Source of the DNA: a virus
Taxonomy: Duplodnaviria > Caudoviricetes
Reading direction: 5' to 3' (one strand)
IMG/VR virus record: IMGVR_UViG_3300020045_003268
Location: 1-35,398 of that record
DNA length: 35,398 bases
The stretch's first letter is position 1. Each line of letters begins with the position of its first letter. The translations under genes and the position numbers were made by a program. The notes beneath the pieces were generated by a model, which did not search any database, was not told where the DNA came from, and worked only from the letters and a program-made list of their open reading frames with translations. Of the stretch, positions 8,596 through 18,437 are shown piece by piece.

Positions 8596-9336
8596 ATGGC
8601 GAATACTAATTTTGGCGGGTTGAAGATTAACTTCCTTCGTTCCTGTGGCAATAATTACAATGCTTCGGATTCCACGAAGCTCCAAATCGCAGGAAACTGC
8701 ATCAATCAGGCTCTAAGCATTATTCAGGGGGAGATTAAGGGGCATCCTTACACACTTGATATTAACAATACAGTCGCGGCGACAATTACCACGCCCTACA
8801 AGACGGACTTGGCCGATACCAATATCGTTGAGATATTGCAAGTTAGCCAGCGTTCCGACCCTCGAAAGATGGAGTGGATTCCTTACACCGAGTATCTTAG
8901 GCTTATGGCCGACCCGACAAGGTTTGCTGGCATCCCAAGTTTGTTCTGGACGGCTGTACAGAGCGTCAATGTTTCGGGCGTGAATATTTGGAGCCTATTC
9001 TTCATCCCCACGCCAAGTTCGGCTATTACCATCTACTATGACTACATCAAGAACCTTCAGTTTACCGCCGATGATTCTTCGGCCAATGCGGAATATTCAC
9101 CGCTTCCTACGACATTTGACGCATGGATATTTGATGAGGCAAGGCCCAAGTTTTATGAAGTTATCGCCCCAATGGAATCAAATCTTATCCTTCGGGCCGA
9201 AAAGAAAGCTATGGAATCTAGGGAAAGATTCAAGAATATGATTCTTTCTACGGCCGATGGGTACACTCAAGTTAAGTCGGTTAGGCAATCGGCCCCCCTT
9301 ATTATTCGGCGTGTTGGGACAACTACCGCAATATGA
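8596..9336 (+). CDS. head-tail adaptor / tail tubular protein A-like
   Basis: 246 aa after the capsid genes; INQAL...GIPSLFW...LFFIPTPSSAITIYYDY...SPLP pattern typical of podoviral adaptors. Confidence 0.7.
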   Translation: MANTNFGGLKINFLRSCGNNYNASDSTKLQIAGNCINQALSIIQGEIKGHPYTLDINNTVAATITTPYKTDLADTNIVEILQVSQRSDPRKMEWIPYTEYLRLMADPTRFAGIPSLFWTAVQSVNVSGVNIWSLFFIPTPSSAITIYYDYIKNLQFTADDSSANAEYSPLPTTFDAWIFDEARPKFYEVIAPMESNLILRAEKKAMESRERFKNMILSTADGYTQVKSVRQSAPLIIRRVGTTTAI

Positions 9337-10562
9337 ACCTATCCAAGATAAACGTTAAGGACTTTGGATTTCGAGCCTTAGTAGCGTTTATTATGATATG
9401 CCCAACGTACTTTAATGGCCTTCAGTATTGGGGCCAAAAGACGATGAGAATTGGGCATGAGCAGGCGTTCCAGCTTGGAATCACAATCCTATTCATCATT
9501 GTGTTCGTTGAGAACATCTGGCTTTCACTATTCGCGTTATGGGCTATAGCGATATATTCGTACTATAACTTCCCTTCTATTGGTGGGGAGTACGTTATGA
9601 ATATCTTTATGGGCCTGATTCTCTATCAAGTAACCTATCGCCTTGTAACACGCCAGAGGGTCATAACAATCTTTAAGGCGGTCGTTGCATTGGTGGCCCT
9701 TAACATCCTTTTCACCGCCCTTCAATACTTTGGCTATGACCCGTTGTTCAAGAATCTTAAACAGGGCGTTATGAACGTTGACCTTGTTGGAATCATGGGG
9801 ATTAAGGCCGTATCCGGCGTGTTTAACACAGTCTGCCTACCTATTGTCATGTATTTCTCATGGTGGTTTGCAATTCCTGTATTGGCGTGTATTTACTTCT
9901 CAGAGGCATCGTGTGCAATCCTTGGTGTTGTCGCCGTCCTCATGTTCCTAATCCACAAGAAGTCTAAGAAGCTGTTTCTAATCCTTATTATCCCTATTTT
10001 GGTGGCTGGTGGACTGTATCTCCAGAAAGACGCAAAGCAGAATATGATTACAAACAGGGTTAATTTGTGGAAAGCGTCGTTAAAAGATGCCCTCCCACAC
10101 CCTTTTGTCGGAATGGGCCTTGATTCCTTTAGAAACATCGGGGCAATCAAGCCATTTATGTACTTTTCGGACACTAGGGACAATTCCTGCGTGAAAATGA
10201 CGTATGATTTAAGGAATAACACATGGATTGCACCGAAAGGGTTTGACCAGACACCGAGAACGGATGGAGTTCCCCTCGTAGACCCTTGGGATAACCCCCA
10301 TAACGAGTATGTTGGGCTTATTTACGAGTTTGGTGTGATTGGATTCCTAATAATCATGGCATTATTGATGGATATAGTCAAAAGGTTCAAATATTGCTCA
10401 AATGACAAGGTAGTAGTTTCGATGTTCGCATCATTTATTGCTTATGCCGTAGTTTCTGTCGGCCAATTCCCGTTCCATCTGGCAAGAACGGTGTTTTTAG
10501 CAATAGTTCTGCTAGCTTGTTACTACAAACTTACCGATAACGAAATAGAAGGAGTAATCTAA
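9333..10562 (+). CDS. O-antigen ligase / O-oligosaccharyltransferase-like (Wzy_C) polytopic membrane protein #1
   Basis: Many hydrophobic helices; loop motifs RVNLWK...HPFVGMGLDSF and NPHNEYVGLIYEFGVIG (HNxY/L..E.G..G); C-terminal QFPFHL. Confidence 0.85.
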   Translation: MNLSKINVKDFGFRALVAFIMICPTYFNGLQYWGQKTMRIGHEQAFQLGITILFIIVFVENIWLSLFALWAIAIYSYYNFPSIGGEYVMNIFMGLILYQVTYRLVTRQRVITIFKAVVALVALNILFTALQYFGYDPLFKNLKQGVMNVDLVGIMGIKAVSGVFNTVCLPIVMYFSWWFAIPVLACIYFSEASCAILGVVAVLMFLIHKKSKKLFLILIIPILVAGGLYLQKDAKQNMITNRVNLWKASLKDALPHPFVGMGLDSFRNIGAIKPFMYFSDTRDNSCVKMTYDLRNNTWIAPKGFDQTPRTDGVPLVDPWDNPHNEYVGLIYEFGVIGFLIIMALLMDIVKRFKYCSNDKVVVSMFASFIAYAVVSVGQFPFHLARTVFLAIVLLACYYKLTDNEIEGVI

Positions 10563-11494
10563 TGCCCCCTGGCCGTCCTAGGAAGGTTGTTGAGGAAGTG
10601 AAGGAAGTGAAGGTTGAGGTTCCTGTTGAGCTTGTTGAAGCCCCCAAGCAGACTGCCGAAGAAATCATGCAGAAGAAGGCGATTATTGATGCCTCCAACA
10701 GCGATAAGATTAGGAAGGATGTAATGACCAAGAAGGCTAGCGAGCTTGAGGTCTACATCAAATTCCTTCAGGACAGGGCGACAGAGCTTACTATGGACTT
10801 CGAGAATAAGCGTAAGGCTCTTGATTCTATGGGACAGAATATCGCAGGGGCGAACTTCGAGCTTTCCATGATTCAGGAACGGTTTGAGAAGAAGAACGCT
10901 GACCTCATCCGTGAGTACAATAAGAAATTGAAGGATGTTCAGGATACGGATAAGACGTTGAAGCATCTTGTCGCTGAAAATGAGGCTCTAAACAAAGAAA
11001 ATAGGCTTGAAAAGGGCAGGCTTGCCGAATACAAGCACCAAGCCGATATGAATGTCATGGAGATGAGGAAGGCTCTTGACCAGAACCTTTCGGAATCTTC
11101 CAAGAAGGAAGCAGACCTTCTTGGCCGTGAGGAAGCGTTGAAGAATGCGATTGAGGAGTTTGAGGCTTACAAACAGTCGTTGGCACCCGAACAAGCCCGT
11201 ATCTCGGCCATTAAGAACGAGAACCTTCTTCTTATCCAGAAGATTGAGGATGGTAAGAAGCAAATTGAGGGTATGAGGGCGGCGATTCAACTTGAGAAGA
11301 ATAAGCTTGAGGAAGCTCGTACGTTGAGCGACCGCCAAATCAAGCAGATGCATGATTCCCAGTCCAATGAGGACGCGAGGCTTCGCAAGTGGGAACAGGA
11401 CTTGAAGGATTTTGACCTTGAATTGTCCGCGAAGAAGTCCGAGATTAACAAGGAAATCCGCCGTAATCACTTGAAAGAGGTAGCCGAGGTTTAA
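10562..11494 (+). CDS. long coiled-coil protein
   Basis: E/K/L-rich heptad sequence across most of 310 aa; TAATG coupling at both ends. Confidence 0.75.
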   Translation: MPPGRPRKVVEEVKEVKVEVPVELVEAPKQTAEEIMQKKAIIDASNSDKIRKDVMTKKASELEVYIKFLQDRATELTMDFENKRKALDSMGQNIAGANFELSMIQERFEKKNADLIREYNKKLKDVQDTDKTLKHLVAENEALNKENRLEKGRLAEYKHQADMNVMEMRKALDQNLSESSKKEADLLGREEALKNAIEEFEAYKQSLAPEQARISAIKNENLLLIQKIEDGKKQIEGMRAAIQLEKNKLEEARTLSDRQIKQMHDSQSNEDARLRKWEQDLKDFDLELSAKKSEINKEIRRNHLKEVAEV

Positions 11495-11925
11495 TGCAAA
11501 ATAGCCCGACGTATCAGGGTCATAGGCTTTATACAGACCAGGATTTAGAGAGTTTACTTAATGCAGTAAGCCTCTGGATTGCGGCCGCCCAAATTGGTGT
11601 GATGAGGGTTACCCAGTTTGATTCAAGTGGTAACGAGGTGGTGTCAAGCGATTCATCTGCTAGTGCATCGGCCAATACCAATGTACCGGGTTCTGCCTCA
11701 TCTGTAACCCTGCTTGCTTTAAATTCCTCCCGAAAGGGTGTGTTGATTGACAATAACTCCTCCGAGGACTTGTACGTTACCTACGGGGCGACATCTACAA
11801 CCACCGCTTATACAAAGCGGATTAAGCCTTATGAATCATGGGAGCCTGTGAAGAACTATACTGGGGTTATTAGTGGGATTTGGGGAAGTGGTGTTGGATT
11901 TGCGAGGATTTCAGAACTGACATGA
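11494..11925 (+). CDS. small beta-rich virion-associated protein
   Basis: SVTLLALNSSRKGVLIDNNSSEDLYV...YTGVISGIW pattern seen in phage structural modules; coupled on both sides. Confidence 0.65.
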   Translation: MQNSPTYQGHRLYTDQDLESLLNAVSLWIAAAQIGVMRVTQFDSSGNEVVSSDSSASASANTNVPGSASSVTLLALNSSRKGVLIDNNSSEDLYVTYGATSTTTAYTKRIKPYESWEPVKNYTGVISGIWGSGVGFARISELT

Positions 11926-13010
11926 AGAAACTCCTAGCCCTCCTACTTCTAATCTCTACACCTGCATTTGCAGAAGTCCAGTATCGCACCAATGACACGC
12001 CGAACACGACTTCTACCATCGGTACAATGCCAATGTACCTGAACAATGGCGTGGTTACGGCGGTTTCATCCTCCAATCCGCTTCCTGTCAATGCAAGCGT
12101 GTCAATTCCTGCTGGTGGGGCGACTTTGGCCGCCCAAGCGACTGGCAACACCTCATTGGCCTCCATAGACGGCAAGATTACCGCCGTAAACACAGGGGCG
12201 GTCGTTCAGGCCACGAATAGCACCATTAAGACGGCTGATAGAGATGGCAACGTGTTTACCGCCCAAGATATTGGCCAATCTGTCGCTATGGACGTGAACA
12301 TTCGCTCTGGAACACCTACTACAATCGCCGTAACTAACGCTGGGGTGTTTGCAGTCCAGAACACAGAGGCGACGGGGAGCACATCCAAGATTGCCGATAG
12401 GTTAGGGAATGTTTTCACCGCACAGAACATCGGGCAATCTGTCGCGATGGATGTAAACATCAGGTCTGGTACGCCCACGACCATCAACGTCAATCAGATT
12501 AATGGCCTATCCCCAGCCATGAACGTTGGAACGGCTACAGCCGGAACCCTTCAAGTGGTGCTTGCTACGCCAAGCACAGTAAGGCTATTTGACAGCACGG
12601 GCAACACTATCGCTTCTACGGGTGGTGGGGCATTGAGGGCACAATCTGCTACTGGTTCTGTCGTTCAAACTATTGTTGGAGTAGATGGTGGTTGGCTATC
12701 AGCAACCCAAAGCACCCTATCCACAGTCGTCCAGCAAATCAAGGGGTCTAAGGGCAATTTCGGAGGTTACTTCTTCTATAACCCGAACAGCTCGGCGGCC
12801 TATCTCCAAGTATTTGACTCGGCTAACGCCGCAGGATGCACACTAACGACCCTCAAGATGATTATTGGCCTCCCTGCTACCGCAGGTGCGAATATGGAGT
12901 GGTCGAATGGTATCTCGATGTCGAGTGGTATTTTTGTGCGGTCTGCTACCACTGCAACTGGTAACACGGCAAATTCAACCCCAATTCAAGGATTCGTGGC
13001 ATACAAATGA
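11922..13010 (+). CDS. Ser/Thr-rich fibre/appendage-like protein with Sec signal peptide
   Basis: ATGA overlap at 11922; MKKLLALLLLISTPAFA|EV; internal repeat; C-terminal beta domain (GYFFYNPNSSAAYLQVFD...GISMSSGI). Confidence 0.75.
   Translation: MKKLLALLLLISTPAFAEVQYRTNDTPNTTSTIGTMPMYLNNGVVTAVSSSNPLPVNASVSIPAGGATLAAQATGNTSLASIDGKITAVNTGAVVQATNSTIKTADRDGNVFTAQDIGQSVAMDVNIRSGTPTTIAVTNAGVFAVQNTEATGSTSKIADRLGNVFTAQNIGQSVAMDVNIRSGTPTTINVNQINGLSPAMNVGTATAGTLQVVLATPSTVRLFDSTGNTIASTGGGALRAQSATGSVVQTIVGVDGGWLSATQSTLSTVVQQIKGSKGNFGGYFFYNPNSSAAYLQVFDSANAAGCTLTTLKMIIGLPATAGANMEWSNGISMSSGIFVRSATTATGNTANSTPIQGFVAYK
12219..12485 (+). repeat. intragenic duplication, 159-nt period (GNVFTAQ[D/N]IGQSVAMDVNIRSGTPTTI)
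   Basis: Copies begin at 12219 and 12378; 26 of 27 core residues identical. Confidence 0.9.
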
Positions 13011-13396
13011 GCTGGATAGCTACCTATGGAGATTTAGAAAAGGTTCACGGGCGTACAAGGGTATATATTGATTACACAGATGGTTCAAGCCATGTTCGCC
13101 GTGAATATGATGTTACTGATAAAGATATGATTGCAGTAAAGGCTATGATTAATTCGGAAATAAAGAATCTTGAGAATCAGGCGTCGTTTTCTGATATTAA
13201 GACTGGGGATGTGGTTGATGTTACTCCTGCCCCAGTGGATTCGGATAAGAAGTCATTTTTGGAAGATGTTTCAAGGTTGCGTAAGATGCATATTGCCATT
13301 GAGCTTGGTATCAAGAAGGATAATGATGCTGACTTTATAGACCTAGTAGACCGCGTGAAGTCAAGGTTCAAGGAGGAGTACCTAGACCTTCTATGA
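13007..13396 (+). CDS. hypothetical protein (possible fibre chaperone)
   Basis: ATGA overlaps on both sides; lies between two fibre-like genes. Confidence 0.7.
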   Translation: MSWIATYGDLEKVHGRTRVYIDYTDGSSHVRREYDVTDKDMIAVKAMINSEIKNLENQASFSDIKTGDVVDVTPAPVDSDKKSFLEDVSRLRKMHIAIELGIKKDNDADFIDLVDRVKSRFKEEYLDLL

Positions 13397-14163
13397 AAAG
13401 AATATTCTTAGCACTATTTTTGTTTCTATCATCTAACGCTCACGCTGATGGAATTGACTCATTCGTCGTATTTGGCTCCCATTTTGATGGAGCTGATGGT
13501 GCTACATCTGCGACCGACTTCTCTACAGCTCAAGCCGCAAAGACGATTACGTTCGTTGGAAATGCACAACTTGATACTGCACAATTAAAGTTTGGCACGG
13601 CATCTCTTCTTTTAGATGGAACTGGAGACTACCTAACCCTAGCCGATTCCGATGATTGGAATTTTGGCTCTGGAGATTTCACCATAGACCTTTGGGCATG
13701 GTTTGATAGCGTGGCCGCGTCACAGCAGATGATTGGTCAGAGAGAAGCGGCGTCAACTGAGTTTGCTTTCCAATTTGGATGGTCAACGGCAACAACTTCT
13801 TTACGCTTCTTCTATTCTATTGATGGTATTGGTTCTGTTGGCGTTAATGGTGCAACATTTACACCGACATTAGATACTTGGTATCACTTTGCAGTTGTTA
13901 GAAGTGGAAATGAATTGAAACTATTTATAGATGGTGTTCAGTCTGGAGCAACAGCCGATGTTACTGGTGTAACAATTTACAATAGCACCTCACTTTTACA
14001 GGTTGGAGCCATTTTTACAGGTGTTCCTGTAAATTATTTTACTGGTCAGCTTGACGAGCTTCGAGTTTCTAAAGGAGTAGCTCGTTGGACAACTGATTTT
14101 ACACCCCCAACAGCTCCTTATAGCGCAGGTTCAAAGAACCTAGCAACTTTGGGTGTCGGATGA
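13393..14163 (+). CDS. LamG / concanavalin-A-like lectin-domain protein with Sec signal peptide
   Basis: MKRIFLALFLFLSSNAHA|DG; motifs KFGTASLLLDGTGDYL, GDFTIDLW, TWYHFAVVRSG..LKLFIDG, GQLDELRVSKGVARWT. Confidence 0.9.
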   Translation: MKRIFLALFLFLSSNAHADGIDSFVVFGSHFDGADGATSATDFSTAQAAKTITFVGNAQLDTAQLKFGTASLLLDGTGDYLTLADSDDWNFGSGDFTIDLWAWFDSVAASQQMIGQREAASTEFAFQFGWSTATTSLRFFYSIDGIGSVGVNGATFTPTLDTWYHFAVVRSGNELKLFIDGVQSGATADVTGVTIYNSTSLLQVGAIFTGVPVNYFTGQLDELRVSKGVARWTTDFTPPTAPYSAGSKNLATLGVG

Positions 14164-15296
14164 AACTAACCCGAATCATCACGATAGGACTTATCCTCAC
14201 GGCCTTTCTCTTTAACCCTTGGCTTAATTGGGATGTAAGGGAGATTAAGATGGTATGTGCGGTGATATTTGGCCTCTTTATCATCGGGATTCAGCTCTAC
14301 CGCAAAGGATTGGCCCCAATCGACAACAAATGGCTTATGATGCTCTTGGCCTATCTCCCAATCAGTATGATGTTCATTAAGCCTATTGAGGTAACCGTAT
14401 TTGGACAGAATGTATCCGACTTCTGGTTCTGGAAACCATTCTCCTACTTCCTGATATTCACTCTCATGGCCCTAGCCATCGCAAGCCATGACTTTACCAA
14501 GAAGGAAATCCGTAAGATATTCAATGTCATCTCAATATGTGGGTTCATAACCGCCTCCTACGTCATCATCCAACGCATCGGGGCCGACCAATTCTTCTAT
14601 TCCACAGCACCGGACACGGGGCCATACGCAGGATTTATCGGGAACCCAACCTTGACGGCCCACTATATCGCCATGACCATCCCATTCACATTCTACATGA
14701 AAAGATGGTACTTTCTCCCATTCATAGCAATAGCCCTCATTATTGCCGATAGCCTTGTTGCTGGTGGCGGTCTATTGGGTGGCGTTGCCTTCCTTTTAGC
14801 ATCAAATATGAAGCGAGTTATGGTAATCGGCTCAATCGCACTAGCTTTTGGCCTTATCATACTATTCCTCTACCCACAGCACATCCAAGGCCGTGAGCAT
14901 GAGAGGTTTGATAGGTGGAAACAGGTAGTTAAGGACATCAAGAAGCCTTCATTTATCACAGGGAGAGGGCTTGGTAGCTTCTCATACTTCTTCCAAGCGG
15001 AGAACCCAGGCGAAGGCAACAAGCCCAATCGCTTCAAGCAAGCCCATAATGACTATTTGGAATGGTTCTATGGCGTAGGACTTGTCGGCTTCATCCTGTC
15101 AATCTTGGCTTTCTTCAAATTCATAAAGGGATGCATTCTATCCAGAATCCAAGAGGTTAGAATCATGCTTTCATCCCTAGTAATGATTCTAATTACATCC
15201 CAGGCCTGTTTTGACCTTCAAATCGGCACGATGGCGTTCTTAACAGCCTTGATATGCGGACTTCTGATGAATAAGAGGGTGTTATGCCAATCCTAA
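14160..15296 (+). CDS. O-antigen ligase / O-oligosaccharyltransferase-like (Wzy_C) polytopic membrane protein #2
   Basis: Polytopic; motifs GFIGNP, RFDRWK...ITGRGLGSF, QAHNDYLEWFYGVGLVG. Confidence 0.85.
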   Translation: MKLTRIITIGLILTAFLFNPWLNWDVREIKMVCAVIFGLFIIGIQLYRKGLAPIDNKWLMMLLAYLPISMMFIKPIEVTVFGQNVSDFWFWKPFSYFLIFTLMALAIASHDFTKKEIRKIFNVISICGFITASYVIIQRIGADQFFYSTAPDTGPYAGFIGNPTLTAHYIAMTIPFTFYMKRWYFLPFIAIALIIADSLVAGGGLLGGVAFLLASNMKRVMVIGSIALAFGLIILFLYPQHIQGREHERFDRWKQVVKDIKKPSFITGRGLGSFSYFFQAENPGEGNKPNRFKQAHNDYLEWFYGVGLVGFILSILAFFKFIKGCILSRIQEVRIMLSSLVMILITSQACFDLQIGTMAFLTALICGLLMNKRVLCQS

Positions 15297-16864
15297 CTAT
15301 TGCACCGCACTCTGGAATCCTAAAGAAGCTCCCAGAGCATAAAATCGCAGGTAAGAAGGAGCAATACCTATTTGAAGCCATTAACTACATAGACCTTAAT
15401 GGTCGCTTGGCAACAATGCCTGGGAATGAGCGTTACGACGCTACGGCCAAAACTGGCCTTCCTAACTGGGGCAAGCGCATCTACTACAAAATCGGTGATG
15501 ATGACTACCGCCATATGTTTGTTACCATCGGCGGTAAGATGTATAAATCACAGGATTACAATAGGACGCTCAATCAAGTCAAGATTTCAGATAGCATGGA
15601 TATATCCATAGATACTGATTCCGTCCCATTTGAAGCTTCTATGGAAGTATCGGGCAACGTTGTAACCTATATGGTTGATGGAACATACTTCTATAAATTC
15701 GTTCCGAACGCCGAGGGCGTGTGGGAGAGGCTTCCAGCCATGACGGATGTAGATGGCAACACCATTTATCCTACCGATATATGCTTCTATCAAGATAGAT
15801 TCTTTATCCTCGTCAAAAGACGTAATGTAATCCTATTCTGCAAGAACCTTAACCCTGAGAATTGGAATGATTCGACAGATGCTGGGCTTATCCAGCTCCC
15901 ATCGGCAAATGGGGGTTATCCCACCAAGCTATTCGTCCATCGTGGATTCCTCCACGTTATGCATCAGGACTACTTTAGCCCCATCTCTGGCAACTCTGCC
16001 CTGACCTATGGCGTGAACCCCGGAGATATAGTCTATGGCTATGGCTCACAAGCCCCGTTATCCATTTGCAACTTGAAGCGATACTTCGCTTTCCTTAACT
16101 CCGAGGACAACGAGATTTACTTTAGTGCTGGAACCCTAGACTCTACGAGCAAGGTTCCTATATCCGAACCTATTGACCTCAAGACCTTGATGAATACCAA
16201 TAAGTCGAATCTTACGGCCTGTATCCATGACCCTAACATTGATTGTCTTAGGGTAAGCTATGTTCCAACGGGCGAAGCAGTCCCTAACAAAGAGGCCATA
16301 TTCTCTTTGACAGAGGAAAAGTGGGCTGGTGAAACATACGACAAGAATATTTCACGCTACTTCCTATGGAATGGCCCTGGGGACAATTCAGAGCTTATGA
16401 CGTTAAGGTCAGATACAGGGCTTGTCATGTTTGAGGGTCGAGGGCTTAACCTAGATGCAATAGTTGGCGGTGCAAGCTCCCCACAACTTTATAGGTTTAT
16501 CACAGGCGATTACGCCGATGACTACCTAACGGATTGCCAATTCACGGAGTTTTTCATAGATGCTAAGTCTTTCGGAACACTTACAAAACTACCATTGGCC
16601 TACTACCTTGACGCACGAATTACGACACGAGGACTGGAACAGGTTACTTTGCAGGGAGAGGTAACTAGTTTGGGGCTTATTGAAATATCGGAACAGAACA
16701 TATTGCTCGAAAGAATCATGCCGTTGATTGATAGGTCAAAGGGACGAATGATTCGCTTTCAATCCGAAGAAATTGTCAGCGATACAACCAGAGAAATCTA
16801 CTCAATTTCAGTAGCATACAATAAACAAAATACGAGGGTTACTAAATGGACGGTAGGAGCATAA
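15284..16864 (+). CDS. tail nozzle / stabilisation protein (tail tubular B, P22 gp10-like)
   Basis: 526 aa beta-propeller-like sequence (ICFYQDRFF, ILFCKNLNPENW); position in the podoviral tail module; no signal peptide. Confidence 0.7.
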   Translation: MPILTIAPHSGILKKLPEHKIAGKKEQYLFEAINYIDLNGRLATMPGNERYDATAKTGLPNWGKRIYYKIGDDDYRHMFVTIGGKMYKSQDYNRTLNQVKISDSMDISIDTDSVPFEASMEVSGNVVTYMVDGTYFYKFVPNAEGVWERLPAMTDVDGNTIYPTDICFYQDRFFILVKRRNVILFCKNLNPENWNDSTDAGLIQLPSANGGYPTKLFVHRGFLHVMHQDYFSPISGNSALTYGVNPGDIVYGYGSQAPLSICNLKRYFAFLNSEDNEIYFSAGTLDSTSKVPISEPIDLKTLMNTNKSNLTACIHDPNIDCLRVSYVPTGEAVPNKEAIFSLTEEKWAGETYDKNISRYFLWNGPGDNSELMTLRSDTGLVMFEGRGLNLDAIVGGASSPQLYRFITGDYADDYLTDCQFTEFFIDAKSFGTLTKLPLAYYLDARITTRGLEQVTLQGEVTSLGLIEISEQNILLERIMPLIDRSKGRMIRFQSEEIVSDTTREIYSISVAYNKQNTRVTKWTVGA

Positions 16865-18219
16865 TGAAAAGATTATTGTTAATTCTTGGACTCGTATTTA
16901 TTCCTTCTTTGGCACAGGCTAATATCCTTGACCTTCCTAGCTACCAAAGTGGTGCGGATGTTACAATCTCAAATCTTCAGCTAACCAACACGACCACAGA
17001 AAACTGGGCTAATGGAAATGTAGAGGGTGGTGGGATAAACATTAAGCCAGGTTCCATCAATACGATTGACCTTGCGGCGGCGGTTTCCCCAGTCAATAGA
17101 TGGGATGATTCCTTCAATGATTACACGGTTTCTGGGATGCTACCAGTTACGGATTCCGACCTGACAAGCGATATTTCGGCTGGTGTATCCTATGTCGCTG
17201 GCTATCGCATCGTTACATCGGCTACTAGCCACACCTATACCGCCTCTAAAGATACCTATGTCTATATCAACAAGGGTGGGTACTTTAACTTTAGTGTCAA
17301 TAACAACGGGTCTACTTCCGATGGGAACCCTCCATCACCTTCTGCCGATAATCTTCTTTTGGCGAAGGTTATTACGGATGCAACCACAATCTCATCGGTT
17401 ACTGACTCTCGCACTCTCTCAATCCAAATTACTACGACCACTACAAACTTTCCATCCAACTTTCGTGACCAAGCATTCGTTAGCCGTGATTCCACGACCA
17501 CTATGCATATTGAGCCTGGAAGTGTTGCAATAGGAAACACTATCTACTCTAGGACTGCTGATACATCCACTAAGAGTTTAGCCACTGGCTCAAACTGGAT
17601 TGAGGGAAGTGTCCCTGCTACCAATGGCCGTATATTCTTATTCGCCTATAATGACTCAGGAAGCTCTTGGGACTTTAAGTATTCAACGGCGGATGTTGCC
17701 TTCTCTGATACATCTGGAAATAGCAACGGTGTTCTCAAATACTACACTACTGGTGGTGTTTATTATCGCGCTATTGGATGGGCTTATAAATCAGCCGATG
17801 CAGTCCAAACCTATCATCATTCAAATTTCTGCGAAATGGGGATACAGAATACTGTTGAATTTAACTCAACTACCCCATCAGCATCTACTAGCTCAACCTC
17901 ACTTGTAAATGATTATGGTGTTCCTCTACTGCAATTTTATTCAAGTGGAAACAGGCCAATTAGAATTCAATACAACGCTGGCACAGGAAATGGTTCTAGT
18001 GCATCTACAACCGTTGGAATTATGATAGATGGTGTAGATATCGTAAGCTCTCAAAGAGACAGCGGCCTAAGTGGTGTGTCTGGTGGAAAAATGATAAGCG
18101 TGGCTTCATGGCAGGGCATTCTTCCTAGAGGAATCCATACATTTCAGGCAAGATTTTGTGCTTTAAGTGCAGGAACAAGCACTGTCGATTATCGTTCTAT
18201 AACTATTGAGGAAGTTTAA
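16864..18219 (+). CDS. tail fibre-like protein with Sec signal peptide
   Basis: TAATG coupling at 16864 with GGAG SD; MKRLLLILGLVFIPSLAQA|NI; Ser/Thr-rich beta sequence. Confidence 0.75.
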   Translation: MKRLLLILGLVFIPSLAQANILDLPSYQSGADVTISNLQLTNTTTENWANGNVEGGGINIKPGSINTIDLAAAVSPVNRWDDSFNDYTVSGMLPVTDSDLTSDISAGVSYVAGYRIVTSATSHTYTASKDTYVYINKGGYFNFSVNNNGSTSDGNPPSPSADNLLLAKVITDATTISSVTDSRTLSIQITTTTTNFPSNFRDQAFVSRDSTTTMHIEPGSVAIGNTIYSRTADTSTKSLATGSNWIEGSVPATNGRIFLFAYNDSGSSWDFKYSTADVAFSDTSGNSNGVLKYYTTGGVYYRAIGWAYKSADAVQTYHHSNFCEMGIQNTVEFNSTTPSASTSSTSLVNDYGVPLLQFYSSGNRPIRIQYNAGTGNGSSASTTVGIMIDGVDIVSSQRDSGLSGVSGGKMISVASWQGILPRGIHTFQARFCALSAGTSTVDYRSITIEEV

Positions 18220-18437
18220 TGGAAGAAATACCGCTTCCTCTCGACACAAAGCCCGATTGGATAACTCTCTTTAAGCGCATATTTTCAGGCGCACAGGGAA
18301 ATTTTATCAAGCTTGAAGCCGCGCCCACTACTGGTAATGGTGTATTAAAGCCAAATCAAGCGGGATACTTCGGAACCAACATCTATATCGTTACAAACAC
18401 AGGAACAGAAATCAAAATTACAGGGAGTGCTTGGTAA
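18219..18437 (+). CDS. hypothetical tail-region protein
   Basis: TAATG coupling on both sides. Confidence 0.7.
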   Translation: MEEIPLPLDTKPDWITLFKRIFSGAQGNFIKLEAAPTTGNGVLKPNQAGYFGTNIYIVTNTGTEIKITGSAW

